Origin: Candidatus Babeliales bacterium
Lineage (GTDB): Bacteria > Babelota > Babeliae > Babelales > UASB340
Assembly (NCBI GenBank): GCA_023133515.1
Contig: JAGLWI010000002.1
Span: 28,806-92,805, forward strand
DNA length: 64,000 nucleotides
Reading direction: 5' to 3'
Shown: positions 56,933 through 64,000 of the stretch, piece by piece
How the letters are laid out: each line of letters begins with the position of its first letter
How positions within the stretch are numbered: position 1 is the stretch's first letter
Made by a program: the position numbers and the translations under genes
Notes under the pieces: generated by a model
Seen by the model: the letters and a program-made list of their open reading frames with translations, nothing else
Told to the model about the DNA's origin: nothing
Database searches by the model: none

Positions 56933-57979
56933 CTAATCCTTTAAAATATCACAATCCAGATCAGAAAATTTATTTTGTTCCGCTTTGTATCCTCCAACAA
57001 ATGCAACCATAGCTGCATTATCTGAACAAAATCCACAATGTGGACTTACAAATTTTTTATTTAATTTTTTGCAAAGTCTCTCTAAACGTTCAGTAATGTA
57101 TTTATTACAAGCAACACCACCCACAAAAGTAAGAGTTTTTACTTGCGGATATTTTGAAAAAACCAATTTAACTTTTTGTTCAAAAATATCTGAAATACAC
57201 ACAAGAAGAGAACTAGAAACTTTTTTTTTCAAATCTAAAGTAACATTATCCCAAATTGGACCAGAGTTTAGATCATAAGCTCCACGCTTTACAAGATCAT
57301 ATAAAACTGCAGTTTTAAGACCCGAAAAAGTAAAATTTAACGAAGTTGAAACATCCTTTGTTCGTGTATAATTAAAAAAATCTTTAAACCCTACTTTAGC
57401 CGCATATTCTTCAATAATTGCTCCACCTGGATATCCAAATCCTATAATTTTTGCAATCTTATCAAATGCTTCTCCAGCTGCATCATCAATTGTTTGTCCA
57501 AGAAGTTCAAATTTACCAAAATCTTCAACCAAATATAAACCTGTATTTCCTCCAGAAACGGAGAGACTAATATATGGAAATTCTATATCATAAACAGAAA
57601 AATCATCTTTTAAAAAAGATGAAAAAATATGAGCTTCAAGATGATCCACAACAATAAATTTTTTATTTTTGACAAAAGAGATAGCCTTTGCAAAACAAAA
57701 ACCAATAAGTAAACTTCCAACAAGTCCAGGTTTATTGGTGACAGCTACAACATCAACATTGTTTAATGTTATTTTTGCATCATTTAAGGCATGTTGAACA
57801 ATTATATCTATTTTTTCAAGATGTGAACGAGAAGCAATTTCTGGAACAACTCCTCCGTAAATTTCATGCAACTTTATTTGTGAAAAAATTGAACCTGATA
57901 ACAACAATTTTTTATCAGAATCATAAACCGCGGCTGCAGTCTCATCACATGAAGTTTCTATCCCTAGAATAATTGACAT
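56933..57979 (-). CDS. tsaD: tRNA N6-adenosine threonylcarbamoyltransferase TsaD
   Basis: The first ATG (57979) gives MSIILGIETSCDETAAAV. HLEAH and the GGVACN-type C-terminal motif (FVGGVACNKY) are present. The track start at 57991 is a TTG. Confidence 0.9.
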   Translation of the reverse strand: MSIILGIETSCDETAAAVYDSDKKLLLSGSIFSQIKLHEIYGGVVPEIASRSHLEKIDIIVQHALNDAKITLNNVDVVAVTNKPGLVGSLLIGFCFAKAISFVKNKKFIVVDHLEAHIFSSFLKDDFSVYDIEFPYISLSVSGGNTGLYLVEDFGKFELLGQTIDDAAGEAFDKIAKIIGFGYPGGAIIEEYAAKVGFKDFFNYTRTKDVSTSLNFTFSGLKTAVLYDLVKRGAYDLNSGPIWDNVTLDLKKKVSSSLLVCISDIFEQKVKLVFSKYPQVKTLTFVGGVACNKYITERLERLCKKLNKKFVSPHCGFCSDNAAMVAFVGGYKAEQNKFSDLDCDILKD

Positions 57980-58028
57980 ATCGCATCTCAAAAATACACA
58001 AAACGTAACTTACTATAAATATTGCAAC

Positions 58029-59456
58029 CTATGCTTTCTTTTTATTCATCAATTTCCAAAACTCTTCATTTGTTTTTGTTTTGCGCATTCTATCTATCAA
58101 AAATTCTATTCCCTCGGCTGTGTTCATGGTATTTAAGAATTTTTGTAAGACCCACATTCTTTTAACTCCACCATCATCTAAGAGTAATTCTTCTCGTCTA
58201 GTTCCAGAACTTAAAAGATCAAATGCTGGATAAATTCTTCTATTTGAAAGTTTTCTTGTAAGGTGAATTTCCATATTTCCTGTACCTTTAAACTCTTCAA
58301 AAATAACCTCATCCATTCTTGATCCAGTTTCTACAAGAGCTGTTGAAATAATTGTTAATGAACCACCTTCTTCAACATTTCGTGCTGCACCAAAAAATCT
58401 TTTAGGTCTTTGTAGTGCACCCGCATCAATACCACCACTTAATACTCTTCCTGAAGCCGGCGCCAAAGTATTATAAGCTCGTGCTAATCTTGTTAAAGAG
58501 TCCAAAAGAATGACAACATCACGCCCACATTCTACTAAACGCTTTGCTTTTTCAAGAACAATTTCTGCAACCTGTACATGACGTGTTGCATACTCATCAA
58601 AGGTTGAACTTACAACCTCTGCTTTCACAGAACGTTGCATATCAGTAACTTCTTCTGGACGTTCATCAATAAGTAACATAAGCATTATAACTTCTGGATG
58701 ATTCATAATAATAGTATTTGCAATCTCTTTTAAAAGATTTGTTTTTCCTGTACGAGGAGGCGCAACAATCATTCCACGTTGCCCTTTACCTATTGGAGTT
58801 AATATGTCCATAATTCTTGTTGATACTACAGAAGGATCGCCTTCTAAATTAAATTTTTCATTAGGAAAAATTGGAGTTAGATTTTCAAAAACAGTTTTTT
58901 TGAAAGCCATCGAAGGAGATTCAAAATTTACACTATCTATTCGCTGCAAAGCAAAATATTTCTCTGCCTCTTTAGGTTTTCTTAAGGTTCCCTTAACTAC
59001 ATCTCCAGTTCTTAGACCAAATCTTTTAATATGCATTGGAGAAACATAAATATCATCTGGACCAGGAACATAATTAAATTTAGAAGATCTTAAAAATCCA
59101 AACCCATCAGGCAATCTTTCTAAAATTCCTTCTCCATAAATTTCAATCCTTTTTTCAGATTGAGATTCTAAAATTCTAAATATTATTTCTTGTTTTTTCA
59201 AAGATGCAACATTAGGAATATCTAATTTTTGAGCATATTTTATCAAGTCCCTGATTGGCATCTCTTTTAATTCCTGAACGCTTATAGATGTTTTTTTTAC
59301 TTCATCATCTCTAGTGTTTGAAGGTTTTGTTTTTTGATAAGATGGCTTTTTTTCTGAATATTTTTTTTGCGTTACTTTATTTTCTTTTTCCATTTTATTA
59401 TCATCTTTTTTATAATCATTATCACCATTTTTAAATGACATATTACTTCCATTCAT
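58029..59456 (-). CDS. rho: transcription termination factor Rho with an N-terminal low-complexity extension
   Basis: 475 aa. It has the RNA-binding CSD-like region (GFGFLR), Walker A APPRTGKT and a RecA-type core. About 57 extra K/D/N-rich residues precede the canonical [10 protein letters not shown] helix. Confidence 0.93.
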   Translation of the reverse strand: MNGSNMSFKNGDNDYKKDDNKMEKENKVTQKKYSEKKPSYQKTKPSNTRDDEVKKTSISVQELKEMPIRDLIKYAQKLDIPNVASLKKQEIIFRILESQSEKRIEIYGEGILERLPDGFGFLRSSKFNYVPGPDDIYVSPMHIKRFGLRTGDVVKGTLRKPKEAEKYFALQRIDSVNFESPSMAFKKTVFENLTPIFPNEKFNLEGDPSVVSTRIMDILTPIGKGQRGMIVAPPRTGKTNLLKEIANTIIMNHPEVIMLMLLIDERPEEVTDMQRSVKAEVVSSTFDEYATRHVQVAEIVLEKAKRLVECGRDVVILLDSLTRLARAYNTLAPASGRVLSGGIDAGALQRPKRFFGAARNVEEGGSLTIISTALVETGSRMDEVIFEEFKGTGNMEIHLTRKLSNRRIYPAFDLLSSGTRREELLLDDGGVKRMWVLQKFLNTMNTAEGIEFLIDRMRKTKTNEEFWKLMNKKKA

Positions 59457-59595
59457 ATATTTTTTTCACCTTTATTAATAACAATAAACCGTTGCTACCA
59501 CTACTTCGAATAACAAACTAACGTAGATGGAAGCTAAAGTTCATAAATAAGAAACTATTTTTATAGAAAACAATTTTATCAATCTAAATTTATCT

Positions 59596-60474
59596 CTAAT
59601 TACTTTCTGATTCTGCAAGAACAGGTCCAATGGCTAATATAACAGAGCTAGCAATATAAATAGAAGAATATGTACCAACAATTATTCCAATTAACATCAC
59701 AAAAGAAAATCCTCTTAAAGTTTCTCCCCCAAGTAAGAAAAAGGAGCCTACAGCTGCCAAAGTTGAAATACTTGTTAACAAAGTTCTTTTCAATGTTTGA
59801 TTAATACTTGTATTCGTAATGTTTATTAGAGTATCCCCTCTCATCTTTTTAAGATTTTCACGAATTCTACTAAATGTAACAATTGTATCGTTTAAAGAAT
59901 AACCTAAAATTGCCAAAATTGCCGCCAAAACATGCAATGAAATTGGCTCACCGAATAACAACACACATACTAAGACTACAAGAACATCATGAGCAATTGC
60001 AGCAACTGCTCCAACTGCAAAAATATATTTATATCTGATTGCTACGTACAACAAAATTAGAATTAAAGAAAGTAAAATTGCAATAATTGCATTCCACTTT
60101 ATATTTTTTCCTACCTCTGCTCCAACCATGTCAACATTATCAACAGTCATTTTGCTATAAGTTATAGCACGGTCAATATTCGATTTAAATTTTTTCTCAA
60201 CACCCTCAATTTGATCACCTACACGAACAAGGAATTCTCGTCCTGAAATACCAATACTTTGAATTATTGAATCTTTCCATCCTTCTTTCGCAATAGCCTT
60301 ACGCAAATCAGAAATATTAACTTTTTTATCAAAAGAAACTCGAATCTGAGTTCCACCAGAAAAATCAATGTGATATTTAAAACCACCTTTTATAAAATAG
60401 GCAACAAGACCTACAAACAAAATAATTGCCGAAATAATAGCACAAATATGACGATATTTTAAAAAATCAATCAT
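59596..60474 (-). CDS. secF: protein translocase subunit SecF
   Basis: 292 aa with 6 TM helices. Motifs DFSGGTQIRV, AIAHDVLV, YSLNDTIVTFSRIRE and INQTLKRT are present. Confidence 0.85.
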   Translation of the reverse strand: MIDFLKYRHICAIISAIILFVGLVAYFIKGGFKYHIDFSGGTQIRVSFDKKVNISDLRKAIAKEGWKDSIIQSIGISGREFLVRVGDQIEGVEKKFKSNIDRAITYSKMTVDNVDMVGAEVGKNIKWNAIIAILLSLILILLYVAIRYKYIFAVGAVAAIAHDVLVVLVCVLLFGEPISLHVLAAILAILGYSLNDTIVTFSRIRENLKKMRGDTLINITNTSINQTLKRTLLTSISTLAAVGSFFLLGGETLRGFSFVMLIGIIVGTYSSIYIASSVILAIGPVLAESESN

Positions 60475-60536
60475 AGCTTTTCCTACTCTTCCTAAAAATA
60501 AATTGTTTTTTCATATTAAAACTTAAAAAAGATTCA

Positions 60537-60797
60537 TTAAGATTTTTGTTCAATAACGGATACAAATTTTCTACCTTTAAATCCTTCATAGAATTTAACA
60601 AATCCATCACTAATTGCAAATAACGTATCATCCCCACCCCTTTTTACTCCACGACCGGGATAAAATTTTGTTCCACGTTGACGAATTAAAATTTGACCAC
60701 ACTTAACACTTTGACCACCAAATCGTTTACAGCCTAGACGTTTACTATGGCTATCACGACCGTTACCCGTAGATCCACCACTTTTACTCGTTGCCAT
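60537..60797 (-). CDS. rpmA: 50S ribosomal protein L27
   Basis: 86 aa: [52 protein letters not shown]. Confidence 0.95.
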   Translation of the reverse strand: MATSKSGGSTGNGRDSHSKRLGCKRFGGQSVKCGQILIRQRGTKFYPGRGVKRGGDDTLFAISDGFVKFYEGFKGRKFVSVIEQKS

Positions 60798-60978
60798 CTA
60801 AATTCCTTATTTGATTATTCATGACCATGAAAAATGCCTAAAATTTTAAATAAAATACAATTTTTTACCAAATTTAGCAAAGAAGCTATAAAAGATACGA
60901 AAAACCCTCCTTTTTTCAAAAAATCTTGTTGATCAAGACTAATATCACTTTGCCTTTATTTTTAACAAAAGTCAAAGG

Positions 60979-63771
60979 TTATTTGGTAATACTTTCCCAA
61001 TTTTTGCCTGTTCGAATGGTTACTTTAAAAGGAATCTCCCAGCTAACTACCCCCTCCATGCATTTTATAACCAACTTTTCAACCACTTTTAATTCGTCAT
61101 TCGGTAGTTCAAATACCAATTCATCATGTATCTGCAAAACCATCATAGCCTCAAGCTTCTTTTTTTGAATATCCTTATCAATATCAATCATAGCCAACTT
61201 CATTATTTCCGCGGATGTACCTTGAATAGGTGTATTTATAGCAATGCGTTTCGCAGCTTCAAACAAAGTTTTATTCTTCTCATGTATTTGTGAAACATAT
61301 CTTCGTCTTCCCAACCATGTTTTTACAAAGCCATTCTTTTTAGCAAACTCCACAGTTTTTTCTATAAATTTTTTTACACCTATATATTTTTGAAAATATT
61401 TTTCTATATAATCTTTAGCCTGACCAGGTTTTATACCCAAATCTTTAGACAATCCATAAGGAGTAAGACCGTAAGCTATACTAAAATTAATTCTTTTTCC
61501 TACCTGACGTTGTTCATTTGTTACTTTTTTAAGAGGAATCTCAAAAATCTGACTTGCACTCAAAGAATGAATGTCCTTATCATGTAAAAAAGCATCAATT
61601 AAATTTTTATCTTTTGTCATATGTGCAAGTACACGTAATTCCACTTGTGAATAATCTGCAGATAAAAATACTTTTCCTTTTGAAGCAATAAATGCTGAAC
61701 GAATTTTAATACCATGGCCTGGTGAAGCAGGAATATTTTGTAAATTAGGTCTATAACTTGAAAGCCTACCGGTAGATACCATTGTTTGACTAAAAGAGGT
61801 ATGTATTCTTCCCGTTCGTAAACTTTTCTTTTTTATTATTGGAACAATATATGTGCTTTTAAGTTTTGTTAGTTCACGATATGTCAAAATCATTCCAGGA
61901 ATAGGATGAATTTTACCAAGCTCAAAAAGAACTTCTTGATCGGTAGAACGCCTTCCCTTACTACTCTTTTTTATAACTGAAAGTTTTAATTCATCAAATA
62001 AAAATTTTTCGATTTGCATAGGCGAATTAAGATTAATTCTTGTAGCTTTCCTTTTTCTTTCACGTGCAATTGCAGATATAATCTTTTTCTCAATTTTATT
62101 TAAATCTTTCTCAATATTCTTACCAACTTCTCTTAATTTTTTTTCATCCAAATAAATACCAAATCTCTCCATCCTAAAAAGAACCTGGCTAAGAGGCATT
62201 TCTACTTTTTCAAATATTTTTTTAAGATCTTTATCTTTATTAAGATCTTTTTGTAAAATTGATTTCAATTTAAATGTTTGTAAAGAATCATGAGCAGCAT
62301 ATTCCGAAGCATCTTTTAATGGAACACGTTCAAAACTTTTATATTTTTTACCCAAAACCTGCTTAAAAGCTCGCATCGGCTCATCAAAATATCTTAAAGA
62401 AAGAGATTTTAATCCTATCTTTTCACTATCACTTTTTCTCAATAAATTTGCAGCAATAAGAGTATCAAAATATACATTTTTTATATCTATATCATATTTT
62501 TCCATAACAAGTTGATCGAATTTTGTATTATGAAGTATTTTTTTAATTTTACTATTTTCAAAAATTGGTTTTAATTTTTCTAAGACATACTTTTTTTCCA
62601 AAACTTCTTCATGATCTATATAAACTAATGGAACGTAATAGCTCTCTTTTTTATTAAAAGCAAAAGAAAAACCGACAAGATCATTATCAATGACATCAAG
62701 ACTAGAAGTCTCTGTATCAAAAGCAAACTCTTTTACATTTTTAAGTTTTTTAAAAAGCTCATCAAGATCTTTTTGGCTTGTCACAACATAACATTTCCAT
62801 TTTCTTTTCTGTTTTTCATAATTTTTTTTATCAAATGTTGGAATTTCCTGATCAAATAATGTTGTTTGTATTTCTTTGCCAATTTCCTTCTCTACCGTTT
62901 TTATTGAACCAAATTTCTTTTGAATTTCTTTTAGTAATGTTACAAATTCCAGCTTTTGAAAAAAATCAATTGCATTTACAATATTATTTTTATCAAATTC
63001 AAAATCTTTTTCTTTTAAATTTAATTTGAAATACTTGAGAGAAAAAAGTTTAAAACTTAAAAATGCATTATCTCTTCCCTGCTCAAGAAGTTTTCTAATT
63101 TTCTCTTTTTTTACTTTGTCCAAATTTTTATAAAGATCCTTGAGTGAATCAAATTTTTTTACAATTTCAAGTGCACTTTTTTTACCTATTCCTTTAACTC
63201 CTGGAATATTATCTGATACATCACCAAGTAAAGAATAAAAAAACGACACTTTTTCAGGTGGATATCCTTTATCCTTTTCAAATGTTTTATAATCAAGAAT
63301 TTTATCTTTGAATGGATCAAAAACTACAACACAATCACTTATAAGTTGATATAAATCTTTATCTGGACCAACTATTACTATATTTTTCTTTTTAAAATCT
63401 TTTACTATTGAAGCAATTAGATCGTCCGCCTCATAACCCGTTTTTGATACTTGAAAAAGCCCAATTTTTTTAGCAAATTCCATTATATCTTCTTTTTGAA
63501 CAAAAAGATCACTAGGAGGTTTTTGCCTTTTCGCTTTATATTCAGAATAAATTTCTTTTCGAAAAGTTGGACCTTTACTATCCCAAACCAAAACAACATT
63601 TTTTGGATCAAAATCATCAATTAATTTTTTTATGGCTCTACAAAAACCATATGTTGCCTGTGTAGGGATTCCTTTTGATGTTTGAAGAGGACGCAAAGCA
63701 TAATAAGAACGATATAATAAATAAGAGCCATCAATTAAAAACAGGGCGTTTTTTTCTATATTTTTTGGCAC
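60979..63771 (-). CDS. polA: DNA polymerase I (5'-3' exo, 3'-5' exo and polymerase domains)
   Basis: 930 aa. The FEN domain reads LIDGSYLLYRSYYA and GVKGIGKK, and Exo I is FDTETSSLD. Polymerase motif A is LLSADYSQVELRVLAH, motif B is RQVGKRINFSIAYG and motif C is QIHDELVFE. Confidence 0.95.
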   Translation of the reverse strand: MPKNIEKNALFLIDGSYLLYRSYYALRPLQTSKGIPTQATYGFCRAIKKLIDDFDPKNVVLVWDSKGPTFRKEIYSEYKAKRQKPPSDLFVQKEDIMEFAKKIGLFQVSKTGYEADDLIASIVKDFKKKNIVIVGPDKDLYQLISDCVVVFDPFKDKILDYKTFEKDKGYPPEKVSFFYSLLGDVSDNIPGVKGIGKKSALEIVKKFDSLKDLYKNLDKVKKEKIRKLLEQGRDNAFLSFKLFSLKYFKLNLKEKDFEFDKNNIVNAIDFFQKLEFVTLLKEIQKKFGSIKTVEKEIGKEIQTTLFDQEIPTFDKKNYEKQKRKWKCYVVTSQKDLDELFKKLKNVKEFAFDTETSSLDVIDNDLVGFSFAFNKKESYYVPLVYIDHEEVLEKKYVLEKLKPIFENSKIKKILHNTKFDQLVMEKYDIDIKNVYFDTLIAANLLRKSDSEKIGLKSLSLRYFDEPMRAFKQVLGKKYKSFERVPLKDASEYAAHDSLQTFKLKSILQKDLNKDKDLKKIFEKVEMPLSQVLFRMERFGIYLDEKKLREVGKNIEKDLNKIEKKIISAIARERKRKATRINLNSPMQIEKFLFDELKLSVIKKSSKGRRSTDQEVLFELGKIHPIPGMILTYRELTKLKSTYIVPIIKKKSLRTGRIHTSFSQTMVSTGRLSSYRPNLQNIPASPGHGIKIRSAFIASKGKVFLSADYSQVELRVLAHMTKDKNLIDAFLHDKDIHSLSASQIFEIPLKKVTNEQRQVGKRINFSIAYGLTPYGLSKDLGIKPGQAKDYIEKYFQKYIGVKKFIEKTVEFAKKNGFVKTWLGRRRYVSQIHEKNKTLFEAAKRIAINTPIQGTSAEIMKLAMIDIDKDIQKKKLEAMMVLQIHDELVFELPNDELKVVEKLVIKCMEGVVSWEIPFKVTIRTGKNWESITK

Positions 63772-63803
63772 TTTTTCTACCCTTTCCTATTTATTCAAAT
63801 ATA

Positions 63804-64000
63804 CTACAATTTAGTGTTTATTTTTATATCATCTTTAAAAACATCATCAAAAGTTTCAAAACAAACCCTATTCCCTTCACCAAAGGAAATTGACAATAAT
63901 TTTGGTTCATAATCTTTAGTAAAATAAAAAATAGGGTAATAGAAATATGCTTTTTCAGTTTTAATAGAAATACTTTCTGAAAAATCATAATATTTGAACG
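63804..64000 (-). CDS. hypothetical protein, C-terminal 64 codons only (the gene enters from the right edge)
   Basis: My own minus-strand reading gives ...FKYYDFSESISIKTEKAYFYYPIFYFTKDYEPKLLSISFGEGNRVCFETFDDVFKDDIKINTKL* with TAG at 63804-63806. The composition looks protein-like. It is not in the ORF track because no start lies within the window. Confidence 0.4.
   Translation of the reverse strand, partial: FKYYDFSESISIKTEKAYFYYPIFYFTKDYEPKLLSISFGEGNRVCFETFDDVFKDDIKINTKL

Overview
This is a very AT-rich, gene-dense bacterial chromosome segment that reads in the standard genetic code; composition was judged by eye, not computed. Most of it is housekeeping: bamA, upp, an lptA-like gene, mutL, galE, hisS, a membrane pyrophosphatase, mltA-like, namZ-like (DUF1343), recO-like, an mscK-like channel, tRNA-Lys and tRNA-Glu, mgtE, rluD, tamB-like, dnaG-rpoD, lgt, initiator tRNA-Met, atpD-atpC, bioY, a class A PBP, HIT, FKBP, tsaD, rho, secF, rpmA and polA. 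Diderm envelope genes, two tandem ATP/ADP-translocase (Tlc/NTT) genes, short spacers and several convergent gene overlaps suggest a reduced, host-dependent and probably intracellular Gram-negative. A Dependentiae/TM6-like lineage would fit, but that is inference only. I saw no rRNA, CRISPR array, transposase, integrase or phage genes. Between the housekeeping genes sit lineage-specific islands of orphan proteins with signal peptides and K/E/N/Q-rich coiled coils (1-5148, 8994-11196, 14095-21913, 38306-38995, 52504-53133). The best candidate for something new is a two-gene minus-strand operon (20639 to 14095). It encodes a porin-like outer-membrane protein and, 14 nt downstream, a 1,633-aa secreted giant. 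The giant's conspicuously GC-rich patch encodes a formin-FH1-like polyproline module 419 aa from the C-terminus, an FH1-FH2-like geometry that suggests a host-actin effector with its own OM partner. Other leads include two tandem paralogue families with conserved terminal motifs, a membrane-anchored lipase-like hydrolase, proteins with Inc/SNARE-like C-terminal hydrophobic hairpins, three tandem mini membrane proteins (one missing from the ORF track), a Upp with a signal-peptide-like extension, and a strong-SD mini-ORF upstream of one NTT gene. All functional calls rest on motif recognition by eye; no database search was possible.
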